NCBI GenBank assembly: GCA_964489015.1
Contig: CAZAXD010000001.1
Span: 168,532-232,531 of the forward strand
Length of the DNA stretch: 64,000 bases
Origin: an uncultured Sphingobacterium sp.
GTDB lineage: Bacteria; Bacteroidota; Bacteroidia; SpSt-205
Direction: 5' to 3'
Shown: piece after piece, positions 10,121-20,263 of the stretch
Layout of the letters: each line of letters begins with the position of its first letter
How positions within the stretch are numbered: position 1 is the stretch's first letter
Notes under the pieces: model-generated
What the model was told of the DNA's origin: nothing
Seen by the model: the letters and a program-made list of their open reading frames with translations, nothing else
The model's database searches: none
Made by a program: the position numbers and the translations under genes

Positions 10121-12793
10121 TTAGCGTAGCAAAGTTAGGCTACCGGCCTTACGAAAAGAGCGGCCGTCTCGTGTATCCAGCACCGCTTCGATGACGTAGA
10201 AGTAAGTGCCCTCTGGGGCCGGCTGGCCCCGATACGTGCCATCCCACAAGCGGTTGATGTCTCGGCTTTCGGCGATGAGCCCCCCCCACCGATCATAAAT
10301 CCAGCAGCGAATCTCCCGAATGTTTCGGTAAACGAAGGGGCGGAAGATGTCGTTAATGCCGTCGTTATTAGGGGTAAACGTATTAGGCACCATGAGGATA
10401 GGGCAGTTGTCGAAGCAGAGGGGGGAACTGAGACTGCTTTCGTTGCCGGCAGTATCTCGAGCTGAGATAGCGAAGCACACCTGATGAGAACCTTCCCCTT
10501 GCCAGGTATAGGTGCGTTGGGGCTCTCGGACGTAGGTTAGCAGCTGAAACGGGCCTTCCGGGCGTGGGCTGAGGTAGATCCCATAAGCGCCGACATCCCC
10601 GCCGCATGTGCTGTCGGGGCGAGACCATTCTAGCGCGACCCGATACGTTTCGCAGTCGTCTCGGGTATCAATAGCGACGGGGAGACAGGGAGGAATCGTA
10701 TCAAAGGGTTCAGCACAGGCCTTATTAGAAGCATTCCAGAGGGGATCGCGAATGCCTGTTACTTGATAGGTTCCCCGGCTTAGCACGTAGTAACAATAGG
10801 TCTGGTTATTGGTGAGATTCTGGTCGAGGTAAGAAAAGGAGGCCAAGCCGGTGTGTCCCCCCGCTAAGGTCGCAATGAGTTGAAAATTACCTGGCTGGGG
10901 AGGGTCTGCCCGGTAGATAAAAAACGTGTCGTTGATCCATGGTACATTTTGCGTCCAGGTCAGCAAGATAGAACGGTCGCGAGGAGAGAGCGTAAGCAGG
11001 ATACTCGTCGTAGTGTTACTAGACGCGATTTCGCGGCCTTGGCCATCTAGGAGCCGTACCCGATAGCGGTAAGGGGTCGTCGTAGTAGCGGGCGCATTGG
11101 GGTCTAGATAGCTGTCACCTGTGAGGCCACTCGCAATCGGCACAAAGTTGGTCCCATTTAGGCCAGCAGCTCTTTCTAAAGTGTATGTGTAAGGTGGGGG
11201 GAAGAACGTACTATCTAGCACTAGCGGGGCATTCCAGGAGACCCATACTGCCCCGGCGACGGGGTCTGTGGTGTGGATGCTGTCCTGAGTCATTAGCGGG
11301 AAATTGATCGGCAAGTCGATACAGGCTTCATTGGTGGGGCAACTTTCGATGTCATTATAAAGGGCGCGCAAGCGGTAGCAGTAGCGCGGGCTAAACTCTA
11401 GGTCTGCATCGGTGTAACTGGTCTGGCTACCGGGCAGCGTAGCGATAAGGGAGTAGCCTGACAAGGACCCACGGCAACAGAGCGTATCCGGATAAGGCTG
11501 GGGGGCAGGCGAACGGTAGACGCGGTACGAGTCGGGTGGGCAGGGCGGTGCGATCCAGCTTAGGTTCATTTGGCGGGGCCCTGGGGTGACCGTGAGATTG
11601 GTAGGTGGCGGACCGATGACATACAAGCGCGTGACTTTATGCGCTGCCAAAGTAGGTCGGTTGGTAAGGTTGTCATGGGCATACCAGTCTATCTGGTAGG
11701 GGAGGCGCCGGATGTGCGCACAGGTCGTTTGCCAGGAAAAGGTGACCCCCGTCCTCGGTGGGTTGTAGCCTATGAGGGGGAATGTATTAGGGCTAAGGGT
11801 CGCTGGATTGGTTGGCACTTGAAAGGGGCCGTTAAATCCCTGGCCCCCATTATTGAGGTAAAAGTAGACACTGTCGCGGGTGTCAGGGTCGTAGGCGATA
11901 GCCTGAAACTGGAGGAGGCGGCCGGCGGTAATGCAGGTTTCGGCGGGGGCCTCGATGATAGGAGGATTATTTTGACAGGGCGCTACGAAGATCGCCATGT
12001 CGCGAATGACCTGACCGATCTTACGGCCGCGTCGGTACTCTTCAATGAGAATAGCGATGTTGTAGACGCCAATTTGCTGCGGGGTATTCCAGGTGACGAG
12101 CCCCGTTTGCCGGTCTATGGTAAAGGCGCCGCCAAAAGCGCTAGGATACTGGTAATTTCCGACGGGTATGGGGTTTTGCATGTTACCCGGATCGTACTGC
12201 TGACAAGGGATTAGCGAGTACACCAGGGAGTCCCCGTCTGGGTCAAAAGCGCCGGGGTTGTGCGTCCAGAGGCGATTAGTACAAGCATCATCGATCGGGT
12301 CATTCAAAAGGAGCGGCGAGTTATTGAGGCCAAGAAAGGGATTATTGGATAGGCGGGTCTCGATGTAAAAGGAGGTTGCTCCGGAGTTGGTCATATTACG
12401 CACGTAGTCTACGCGCGCAAAGTCGCTATAGCGTAACTCGTACTCGCCGGGGCCCGGTAGATTGATAGTAGTAATGTAGAAGTTCTTTTTAACGCGGGGC
12501 CGTAGCCAAATACCCAAACGGGCCGGGGCTCGGCAGCTCCCGCCACTGGGTCCATTGCTACGAGGAATATCGCGAATAACCTCAATGAGCACACGGCCAC
12601 TACTGGTGATGCTCCATATTTCCAGATCAGCCGTACAGCGATCTACACCGGCAGCGGTCGAGTCCGTGTAGGTGGTGATGGTGACTCGATACTGGTTGGG
12701 CCCCAGATACTCGTAGGTAATTTGCCCAGCTAGGTTGTGTGAAGCGTGGACAAGGCCAACCAAGCCGAGTAGTAGCGGGTGCTTTAAGCGCAT
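10121..12793 (-). CDS. large secreted adhesin-like protein with T9SS type B C-terminal sorting domain (gliding-motility-associated CTD)
   Basis: 890 aa with N-terminal signal peptide and Ig-like repeat motif (AFDPDGDSLVYSL). C-terminus ..CPILMVPNTFTPNNDGINDIFRP...WDGTYRGQPAPEGTYFYVIEA matches the type B (CHU_C / TIGR04131) CTD. Confidence 0.8.
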   Translation of the reverse strand: MRLKHPLLLGLVGLVHASHNLAGQITYEYLGPNQYRVTITTYTDSTAAGVDRCTADLEIWSITSSGRVLIEVIRDIPRSNGPSGGSCRAPARLGIWLRPRVKKNFYITTINLPGPGEYELRYSDFARVDYVRNMTNSGATSFYIETRLSNNPFLGLNNSPLLLNDPIDDACTNRLWTHNPGAFDPDGDSLVYSLIPCQQYDPGNMQNPIPVGNYQYPSAFGGAFTIDRQTGLVTWNTPQQIGVYNIAILIEEYRRGRKIGQVIRDMAIFVAPCQNNPPIIEAPAETCITAGRLLQFQAIAYDPDTRDSVYFYLNNGGQGFNGPFQVPTNPATLSPNTFPLIGYNPPRTGVTFSWQTTCAHIRRLPYQIDWYAHDNLTNRPTLAAHKVTRLYVIGPPPTNLTVTPGPRQMNLSWIAPPCPPDSYRVYRSPAPQPYPDTLCCRGSLSGYSLIATLPGSQTSYTDADLEFSPRYCYRLRALYNDIESCPTNEACIDLPINFPLMTQDSIHTTDPVAGAVWVSWNAPLVLDSTFFPPPYTYTLERAAGLNGTNFVPIASGLTGDSYLDPNAPATTTTPYRYRVRLLDGQGREIASSNTTTSILLTLSPRDRSILLTWTQNVPWINDTFFIYRADPPQPGNFQLIATLAGGHTGLASFSYLDQNLTNNQTYCYYVLSRGTYQVTGIRDPLWNASNKACAEPFDTIPPCLPVAIDTRDDCETYRVALEWSRPDSTCGGDVGAYGIYLSPRPEGPFQLLTYVREPQRTYTWQGEGSHQVCFAISARDTAGNESSLSSPLCFDNCPILMVPNTFTPNNDGINDIFRPFVYRNIREIRCWIYDRWGGLIAESRDINRLWDGTYRGQPAPEGTYFYVIEAVLDTRDGRSFRKAGSLTLLR

Positions 12794-12832
12794 AAGGCAG
12801 TTAAAATCCTCTGCAAAATAAACAATTTTGCG

Positions 12833-13777
12833 GTGGTGCGTATAGATGAGTTACTTCGGGCGGCGCAAGCCACCGTTATTGGTCAGCGGGAAGCTTTGGA
12901 GTCTTTGTGGATAGCCCTGATTAGTGGGGGACATGTCCTACTCGAAGGGGTGCCGGGCGTGGCTAAGACCCTGATGGCCAGTACAGTGGCCCATTTGTCT
13001 GGGCTTAGCTTCCAACGGGTCCAGTTTACGCCGGATATGTTGCCTTCCGACCTGCTGGGGGGGCTCGTTTATGAGGGACCAGGGCAATTTTCGGTGCGGA
13101 AGGGGCCTATCTTTACTCAGGTGCTCCTGGCGGATGAGGTAAACCGAGCTCCCGCCAAAGTGCAGAGCGCTCTCCTAGAGAGCATGCAGGAGGGGCAGGT
13201 CACCATCGGAGACACAACCTACCTCCTGCCTAAGCCCTTTTGGGTGTTGGCGACCCAAAATCCGATTGAGCAAGAAGGCACCTACGCGCTACCAGAAGCT
13301 CAGATAGATCGGTTTTTATTTCGGGTGATAGTGGAGTACCCTTCGCAAGCGGAGGAACAAGAGATTCTGCATCGGTGGGCATGGGCTTTGTATCCGCCTG
13401 TGCCGGCACCTATTCTGTCTCCCGAAGCGGTTTTACAGTTACAGGCAGCCCTTCAAGAAATAGAGGTATCTCCGGCCATGGAAGCTTACATGGTCCGGCT
13501 CGTGCGGGCCACGCGTGAGACCAATCAAGGCAAGCTACGGGATTGGAAGGGCTATGTGGCCTATGGCGCTTCACCACGGGCAGGACTCGCCTTACATCGG
13601 GCGGCGCGAGCGCGGGCGCTCCTCCACGGCCGCCATCAAGTCACCCCTGAGGACATCAAAGCCGTGGCCATGCCCGCCCTCAATCACCGTATCATCCTAG
13701 CCTACACGGCGCTAGCGGAGGGGCGAACGGCTCGAGCCTTTATAGAGGACCTCCTGCAAACGGTGCCGTATCAGTGA
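12833..13777 (+). CDS. MoxR-family AAA+ ATPase
   Basis: 314 aa. Walker A GVPGVAKT, Walker B LLADEVNRA and ..ATQNP.. motifs match MoxR. GTG start. Confidence 0.85.
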   Translation: MVRIDELLRAAQATVIGQREALESLWIALISGGHVLLEGVPGVAKTLMASTVAHLSGLSFQRVQFTPDMLPSDLLGGLVYEGPGQFSVRKGPIFTQVLLADEVNRAPAKVQSALLESMQEGQVTIGDTTYLLPKPFWVLATQNPIEQEGTYALPEAQIDRFLFRVIVEYPSQAEEQEILHRWAWALYPPVPAPILSPEAVLQLQAALQEIEVSPAMEAYMVRLVRATRETNQGKLRDWKGYVAYGASPRAGLALHRAARARALLHGRHQVTPEDIKAVAMPALNHRIILAYTALAEGRTARAFIEDLLQTVPYQ

Positions 13778-15006
13778 AGCTAGCTCCCGTCGACTTTTGG
13801 CTCTTTGCTCTTCCTCTCCTTCTGATGGGTATCGGTCTATTCAATCTATACTCGATAGAAAACGCACCCGCCGTATGGAATTGGGGGAATGCTTTTTATA
13901 AGCAACTAGTCTGGGCTTTTTTGGCGGCTTTGGGCATGTTACTTTTTAGCTTTTTAGAGGGAAATCTGTGGCGCTACATGGCGCCTCTGGCTTACATAGG
14001 AGGTGTAGGACTCATGACGTTGACCGTTTTTATCGGGCGGGAAGTAAATGGGGCCAAAGCTTGGTTGGAGCTAGGGGGCTTACGGCTACAGCCTTCGGAG
14101 TTTATGAAGGTGCTAGCGGCGCTTATGCTAGCCCGTGTCGCCAGTCCACCGGATTTTAAGTGGTCGCGGGGGCGGGATAGGCTGAGTGTCTTGGCGATAG
14201 TCGGTCTGCCGGCGTTACTGGCCCTTTTACAGCGGGATACAGGCACGGCGCTGACCTATGGGGCGCTAGTGATACCCCTCTATCGAATCGGGTTGTCGGG
14301 CTGGTTTATTGTGCTACCTCTGGTTGCTGGCCTCATGGCCTTGGGCAGCTTGAAGTACCCCTGGCCAGTATGGGCGGGGGTAGGGCTTGTCGTCGGCTTA
14401 CTATGGCATCTCTTCTGGCGCAAGGGGTGGTGGCCAGTGCTTCTTATCACGCTTGCGGCTGGGCTCTGGGCCTGGGCTGTGCCTAAGCTCTATCAGCACG
14501 TGCTAGCTCCCCATCAGCGCCAGCGTATAGAGGTCCTGTTTGATCCTTATCGTGATCCGCGTGGTGCCGGGTGGAATGTCATTCAGGCGCGCATCGCCAT
14601 AGAAGCAGGCGGCTTATGGGGACGCGGTTATGGTCAAGGCCTACAAAGTAAACTCGATTTCATTCCCCAGCGTCATACAGACTTCGCTTTCTGCAGTTTG
14701 GCTGAGGAGTGGGGATGGGCCGGTAGTACAGCGTACATCTTACTGTACATGGGCTTTCTGTGGTACTTATTGTGGATTTCTGAGCGAACGGGTAATCGCT
14801 TTGCCCTAGTATATGGTTATAGTCTAGCAGGCTTTCTGGGCTTACATTTAGTCATCAATGTAGGCATGATTCTGGGGCTCTTGCCTGTCATTGGGATTCC
14901 TCTGACATTTTTAAGCTACGGCGGCTCGTCGTGGGTGGCGATGGCGGCGGGCATAGGAATCCTTCAGCGGTGGTACCGTGAACGCACGCTTCGGTTATTT
15001 AGCTAG
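13774..15006 (+). CDS. SEDS-family peptidoglycan glycosyltransferase (FtsW/RodA-like)
   Basis: 410 aa, ~10 TM. Conserved SEDS motifs (..QRHTDFAFCSLAEEWGWAG.. and ..GIPLTFLSYGGSS..). GTG start overlaps the MoxR stop (GTGA). Confidence 0.8.
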   Translation: MKLAPVDFWLFALPLLLMGIGLFNLYSIENAPAVWNWGNAFYKQLVWAFLAALGMLLFSFLEGNLWRYMAPLAYIGGVGLMTLTVFIGREVNGAKAWLELGGLRLQPSEFMKVLAALMLARVASPPDFKWSRGRDRLSVLAIVGLPALLALLQRDTGTALTYGALVIPLYRIGLSGWFIVLPLVAGLMALGSLKYPWPVWAGVGLVVGLLWHLFWRKGWWPVLLITLAAGLWAWAVPKLYQHVLAPHQRQRIEVLFDPYRDPRGAGWNVIQARIAIEAGGLWGRGYGQGLQSKLDFIPQRHTDFAFCSLAEEWGWAGSTAYILLYMGFLWYLLWISERTGNRFALVYGYSLAGFLGLHLVINVGMILGLLPVIGIPLTFLSYGGSSWVAMAAGIGILQRWYRERTLRLFS

Positions 15007-15555
15007 GAGCACTTGCAAAACGGGCTCTTCATCGGCCTCGAGGCGAAGCGAGGGTTCTTCTTGCAGACACTTCTGTAAAAGGGCGCTCGCTTCCTCGTTT
15101 TTACCCAAGCGGGCTAAGAAGAGTGCTTGATAAAAACGAACTTGCGGCGACTGCTGGGGCAGTTCACTAGCTTTTTGCAAGGCAGCTTCGGCCTCTTCAT
15201 TCTGACCGAGATTGAGGGCCCAGAACGCTTTATGGACCCACCAACGGGGATTTTCGGGGTCTTTTTCTAAGATTTGCAGGAGGGTATGGTAAGCCTCCCG
15301 AATGCGACCCTGCCTAAGTAGCTCTTCGTAGTATGCCACGAGGCCAGCCAAGTAATCAGGCGCAATACGTCGGCACTCCACGAGAGCCTGCCAGGCTTCC
15401 TCTGTGTTGAGCCGACGTAATAGCTGGTATTTAGCAAGCCAGAGGGCTGGCTCATTAGGATATAGAGCTAGCCCTACATTCAGAGGCGTAAGGGCTTCCG
15501 TCAGTAGACCAGCTTCGGCCAGATGCCGACTTTGCGTTAAGTAGTTGGTGTACAT
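14995..15555 (-). CDS. tetratricopeptide-repeat protein
   Basis: TPR-like helical repeats. Start moved to the internal Met (MYTNYLTQ..) because the longer ORF overlaps the downstream oxidase gene. Confidence 0.55.
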   Translation of the reverse strand: MYTNYLTQSRHLAEAGLLTEALTPLNVGLALYPNEPALWLAKYQLLRRLNTEEAWQALVECRRIAPDYLAGLVAYYEELLRQGRIREAYHTLLQILEKDPENPRWWVHKAFWALNLGQNEEAEAALQKASELPQQSPQVRFYQALFLARLGKNEEASALLQKCLQEEPSLRLEADEEPVLQVLLAK

Positions 15556-15596
15556 GTGAAAGCGAAGGTAATAAATTATACGTAATGCAAGAGGGG

Positions 15597-16931
15597 TTAC
15601 AATCCCGTACGATGTATGGCATCGGTAGCCTGGATGGCGGCATGGAGAGCCCCTTCGATGTAGCCCATCCAATGCGCTGCGCGCTCGGTGCCAGCCCCAT
15701 AAAGCGGCGGTAAATGGTCTCGCAGGGTTTGGCCAAAGTACCGCCAGCCACCAGGACCTAAAAAGCCCACGTAACAGCCACCGATGTAGGGTTCATCCGC
15801 CCAACTCTTTTGGTAGAGAAATAGCGGCGCTTGGCCAAAGAGCTCGGTTACTTCCTGGGTATAGAAAGCATCTCGTTCGGGGCTTGGACGAGTGAGGAGG
15901 CTTCGGGCCAGCGGACCTACTGCAAAGCCCGTAATCTGGCCATAGCTCGCATCTGGCGGCGAGGTATCAAAAGTTAGACGAAGGGCGCCATGCGTGCGCA
16001 GGAGGTGGCCACTCCAGCCCTCTTCCCGCCAGAAAGGCTTCGGGTATATTGCGATGACTTTGGTGATGCTACCCATAGGCATGCGTTGCCCAAGCTGCTG
16101 CCAGAGGGGAGGCAGTGGGGGATCCCAGAGGATGCGATTGTGAACGGCAGGCGGTATCGCCAAAAGGAGAGCCCGAGCCTGGTAGCTTTGCTCAGCAGTC
16201 TGGATCGTGACCGTTTGAGTGCTTCGCTCCACGCGCAAAACAGCGGCATTGGTCTCGTAGGAAAGCCCTTCGGCTAGGGTCTCGATGAATCGACTAGCGC
16301 CTAGGGTAAACTTGTAGGCCTGGGCGCCTGTCTCCGTTTCGATTAGGGCTTCTAGGCTGCCCGCGCTCTGAATGTAGAAGAGTGTATGCCAGAGGGAGAC
16401 CTCATCTGGCTCACACCCCAGGACGGTGCTGAGCCCTATGTCAAATACACTACGAGCAAGGGGATGCCATAGGTGCTTTCGGCGCCAGGCTGCTAAGGTA
16501 ATCTCATCCCATTCGGGACGCTCTAGGCTCCAGGGTGCCTGCGCCGATACCCGGCGAGCCTGGGCTTTGATCTTTAGAAGCCCCCAGCCTAAGCTAAGAA
16601 GGGCTGGGAGCGGTAAGCGGGGAATGGTGCCTTTGTACGTATAGGTACGCTTCGGTGTGATAAGGCGGTGTCTCCCAGCGAAGTACGTAGCGTGTAACGG
16701 AACGTCATGCTTCTGACACCACGCTAAAACATGCTGATGCATGGGTCCGACCCACTGCCCGCCTAAGTCGATGGGGTGTCCTTCGGGTGAGTATATAGTA
16801 TGTAGTCGGCCGCCTAGCCGAGGCTGAGCTTCTAGTACATGCACGTGGAGCCCGGCTTCTTTGAGTAAACGCGCCGCATAAAGGCCACTGGCGCCGCCTC
16901 CCACGACGATGACATCCCAAAGCATACTCAA
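15597..16931 (-). CDS. FAD-dependent amine oxidase family oxidoreductase
   Basis: N-terminal dinucleotide-binding motif DVIVVGGGASGLYAARLL..VLEA..RLGGR. 444 aa. Confidence 0.7.
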   Translation of the reverse strand: MSMLWDVIVVGGGASGLYAARLLKEAGLHVHVLEAQPRLGGRLHTIYSPEGHPIDLGGQWVGPMHQHVLAWCQKHDVPLHATYFAGRHRLITPKRTYTYKGTIPRLPLPALLSLGWGLLKIKAQARRVSAQAPWSLERPEWDEITLAAWRRKHLWHPLARSVFDIGLSTVLGCEPDEVSLWHTLFYIQSAGSLEALIETETGAQAYKFTLGASRFIETLAEGLSYETNAAVLRVERSTQTVTIQTAEQSYQARALLLAIPPAVHNRILWDPPLPPLWQQLGQRMPMGSITKVIAIYPKPFWREEGWSGHLLRTHGALRLTFDTSPPDASYGQITGFAVGPLARSLLTRPSPERDAFYTQEVTELFGQAPLFLYQKSWADEPYIGGCYVGFLGPGGWRYFGQTLRDHLPPLYGAGTERAAHWMGYIEGALHAAIQATDAIHRTGL

Positions 16932-16957
16932 AAGTACAACTTCCTATCTTTGCGCGC

Positions 16958-18418
16958 ATGGCTAATGCGTATCCTACATCGGAGCTAAGGTCTGATGGGC
17001 CGGTGCTTTGGCTCGTATCGCCAAGTGCTCAGACTGCTTATGAAGGGGCCGTGACCCGCTACGGGCTTGACCCGCACGCCTTCAAGCCGGAGCGGCGCTT
17101 ACGCTTTTATGGAGATGGGCGATTGGAGGGGCTTATTCTGCCTTTGCCTGACGACGAGATCGAAACGCTCCGACGCGGGGTTTATTATGCGCTCCGAAAG
17201 GCCGAGGAAGTGGGCTGGACCCGAGTCCAGCTGCGTTGGGTCGAGCCGCCCGCCCACCCCGATCGGCTTTATGCCTATCAGACCTTAGGCGAGTTTGCCC
17301 GGATGAGCCTCTATCGCTTTGTGAAGTATGTCTTGGAGCCTCCGCTCTCGGTAGAGGAGATAGCGATATGGCGTCCAGACGAGCAGGCAGAGCAGGCCAT
17401 TCAAAAGGGGCTCTTAGTAGGGGCACTAGTCAATAGCACTCGGGACTGGGTGAATGAGCCCCCTAACGTGCTAACGGCCGTAGAGCTAGCACACCGCATC
17501 GCCGTCCTGGGTCAGACTTATGGCTTTTCGGTAGAGATATGGGATAAAAGTCGCATTCAGGCCGAAAAGATGGGAGGCCTCTTGGCTGTCAATCGCGGGA
17601 GCCTGCAGCCGCCGACTTTCACCATCGCTGAATACAAACCGGCCCAACCCCGCAACAAGAAGCCTCTCGTGCTCGTAGGAAAAGGGCTCATTTTTGATAC
17701 AGGAGGCCTTAGTCTCAAGCCCACCCCGGACAGCATGGATTACATGAAGGTTGACATGGCTGGCGGGGCTACGGTGGCCCATGCTTTGGCTCTGGTTGCG
17801 GCGCTTCGATTGCCATACCACGTGATAGCCCTTGTTCCGGCGACGGACAACCGTCCTGGTGAAGATGCCTACACGCCTAATGACATCATTCATTTTGCGG
17901 ATGGTACGCCGGTTGAGATTCGGAATACCGATGCAGAAGGCCGCCTCATTTTGGCCGATGCCTTGATTCATGCTCGACGGTATGATCCGGGATTAGTCGT
18001 GGATTTTGCGACGCTCACGGGGTCTGCGGCGATGGCGGTGGGGCCTTATGCCTCGGTACTTTTTACCAACGCCGGTCTGGCTATTCGGGATGCGCTACTC
18101 AACAGTGGGTTTCGGACCCATGAGCGCCTCGTCGAATTCCCGCTCTGGGACGACTACGGCTATCTCATCAAAAGTGATATTGCGGCGATTAAGAACTCCG
18201 CTAGCCGCGAAGCCGGTGCCATCACAGCGGCTAAGTTCTTGGAATATTTTGTACGCTATCCTTGGGCGCACTTTGATATTGCAGGCACTGCTTTTTACAA
18301 TAAACCCCTGCCACCCGATCGGGGTTTTCCCCGCCACTATCAAGTTAAGCACGCTACGGGGGTTGGGGTGCGCTTGCTCTTAGATTTTATCGAACGGCAT
18401 GGAGACCGAATCGGATAA
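16958..18418 (+). CDS. pepA: leucyl aminopeptidase (peptidase M17)
   Basis: M17 signature NTDAEGRLILADAL and metal-ligand motifs. 486 aa. Confidence 0.85.
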   Translation: MANAYPTSELRSDGPVLWLVSPSAQTAYEGAVTRYGLDPHAFKPERRLRFYGDGRLEGLILPLPDDEIETLRRGVYYALRKAEEVGWTRVQLRWVEPPAHPDRLYAYQTLGEFARMSLYRFVKYVLEPPLSVEEIAIWRPDEQAEQAIQKGLLVGALVNSTRDWVNEPPNVLTAVELAHRIAVLGQTYGFSVEIWDKSRIQAEKMGGLLAVNRGSLQPPTFTIAEYKPAQPRNKKPLVLVGKGLIFDTGGLSLKPTPDSMDYMKVDMAGGATVAHALALVAALRLPYHVIALVPATDNRPGEDAYTPNDIIHFADGTPVEIRNTDAEGRLILADALIHARRYDPGLVVDFATLTGSAAMAVGPYASVLFTNAGLAIRDALLNSGFRTHERLVEFPLWDDYGYLIKSDIAAIKNSASREAGAITAAKFLEYFVRYPWAHFDIAGTAFYNKPLPPDRGFPRHYQVKHATGVGVRLLLDFIERHGDRIG

Positions 18419-19424
18419 ACTGCCGCTAGTAGGCTTTACGATTGGGGAGCCTGGCGGAATCGGTCCTCAGCTCTTACTACAATTTTTCCAGCGGGAAGGC
18501 TGGCAGGAGGCTTTCATTCCGGTGGTTTACGCCCCTCGTCGGGTGATCGAGCAGTGGCGGGCTTTTTTAGGGCTCAACCAGTTTCGGTATCACCTGCTTC
18601 GTTCAATAGACCAGCCGCTTAGACCGGGCGATTTTTACCTCATAGACCTTGGGCCTCCCCCAGGGGAAGTCGTGCTACGCGCTTCGTCTCCTGTGAATGG
18701 CCACGTGGCTCGTGAGTCGCTGCGGCGAGCGGTCCATGATGCGCGCCAAGGCTTCCTTGACGTAGTAGTCACCCTCCCCACCGACAAAGCCACCTTGTAT
18801 GATGTCGAGACCTTCCCCTATCGAGGTCACACGGAGTATTTTCGAAGTCTGCCAGACGCTCAGCCTCTCATGATGATGGTGGGCCCCAGGCTAAAGGTGG
18901 CTGTGGCTACCGAGCATATCCCACTTAGTGCCGTTCCGACTGCCCTCAGTGAAGGGCTTATCGAGACAGCCCTGCGCCAGCTTAGGCAAACTTTACAGCG
19001 AGATTTTGCCATAGCAACTCCTCGCTTAGCGATTTTGGGTCTCAATCCACATGCGGGAGACCAGGGGCTCATTGGTACCGAAGAGGAGACCCTACTACGT
19101 CCTCTCCTGGCGCGTTTAGCGCAGGAGATGCTGGTCGCAGGGCCTTTTGCGGCGGATGGCTTCTTTGGCGCCGAAGCTTATCAGCGTTTTGATGCGGTTT
19201 TGGCGCTGTATCATGATCAAGGGCTGATTCCCTTCAAGCTTTTGGAGGGGTGGTTAGGCTATCAGTATACAGCGGGCTTACCCTTTGTGCGGACGGCGCC
19301 GGATCACGGTACGGCTTATGACAAGGTGGGGGCGGACGATGCGGCTATCGAGAGCCTCTCGGCGGCTATCTGGGAAGGGCTCATAATTGCGCAGCGCCGG
19401 TCCGGGTATCTCACCTCCGTATGA
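18399..19424 (+). CDS. pdxA: 4-hydroxythreonine-4-phosphate dehydrogenase
   Basis: PdxA motifs (GDPGGIGP.., ..LNPHAGD.., ..YHDQGLIPFK..). 341 aa. Confidence 0.8.
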   Translation: METESDKLPLVGFTIGEPGGIGPQLLLQFFQREGWQEAFIPVVYAPRRVIEQWRAFLGLNQFRYHLLRSIDQPLRPGDFYLIDLGPPPGEVVLRASSPVNGHVARESLRRAVHDARQGFLDVVVTLPTDKATLYDVETFPYRGHTEYFRSLPDAQPLMMMVGPRLKVAVATEHIPLSAVPTALSEGLIETALRQLRQTLQRDFAIATPRLAILGLNPHAGDQGLIGTEEETLLRPLLARLAQEMLVAGPFAADGFFGAEAYQRFDAVLALYHDQGLIPFKLLEGWLGYQYTAGLPFVRTAPDHGTAYDKVGADDAAIESLSAAIWEGLIIAQRRSGYLTSV

Positions 19425-20263
19425 AAGGCCTAGCCTGGCTCCTGCCAGCGGATCTCGCCACCCATGCAGATCTGGCAGCGGAGCCCATGTTTTATCTAGC
19501 CCAGGCGCTCAGTGCTCATGTGCCGATCTGGACTATCAGTTGGCATCCGCTTCCGGTGGCCCCAGGTTACCACCTTCGTTTTTGGGATGCTCAAGGTCGC
19601 GGGATAGTCTTTTGGGGCCAATGGCCGCTCTCCAAACTTCGCACCGAGATCGAGACTTACTGGCAGATGGAGGGGTTTGTGCCTCAAGTCGTCCTAAGCA
19701 CTGCCTGGGGGGGTAGGTTAGTTCATCGATGGCAGCAGCGCTTTGGTGCTCGGGTGATAGAGTGGGGCCGGGACTTAGCTTTCCAACTGCCAGGTACGGG
19801 CCTTGGCGAAAGGTCGCCAGCTTCGCGGCAGGGCAGTATCGCTATTCCCGCGGAGCCCTTCACTATAAACGCTAGTCTGCAGCTAGCAGCCGACCTGCTA
19901 GCTGCTCAGCAGAACGTGCTCTTAGTTGGGCACGCGCTTAGCGCTACGCCTTTTCGCAATTTCGCCCATGCCCATCTTCACCGGGTAAAGCTCGCTTTGG
20001 GCTTGAGCTGGTCGGAAATAGAGTCGGTTTTGGACCAGGCCAAAGTGGTGGCCTTAGCAAGTCCCTCACCACTTTTGGCTCGGCTGAGTTGGGGCCGTGT
20101 CGTGGCCTATCCGGAGCCGATAGATCTGCCCGGGGCCTTCCATTACGAGAGCGTCGCGGCGCTCCTTGAGATGCTCAAAGGATCGGAGCTTCCTAGCCCC
20201 GTTTACCTTGCTCCATCTGAGGCTGCCGAAGCCGCTTGGGCCTTACTTAGCGCTTACTTTTAG
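19421..20263 (+). CDS. hypothetical protein, weak glycosyltransferase family 9-like C-terminal region
   Basis: 280 aa, translationally coupled to pdxA (ATGA). C-terminal region resembles the nucleotide-sugar binding half of heptosyltransferase-like GT9 enzymes, but the match is degenerate. Confidence 0.35.
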   Translation: MKGLAWLLPADLATHADLAAEPMFYLAQALSAHVPIWTISWHPLPVAPGYHLRFWDAQGRGIVFWGQWPLSKLRTEIETYWQMEGFVPQVVLSTAWGGRLVHRWQQRFGARVIEWGRDLAFQLPGTGLGERSPASRQGSIAIPAEPFTINASLQLAADLLAAQQNVLLVGHALSATPFRNFAHAHLHRVKLALGLSWSEIESVLDQAKVVALASPSPLLARLSWGRVVAYPEPIDLPGAFHYESVAALLEMLKGSELPSPVYLAPSEAAEAAWALLSAYF

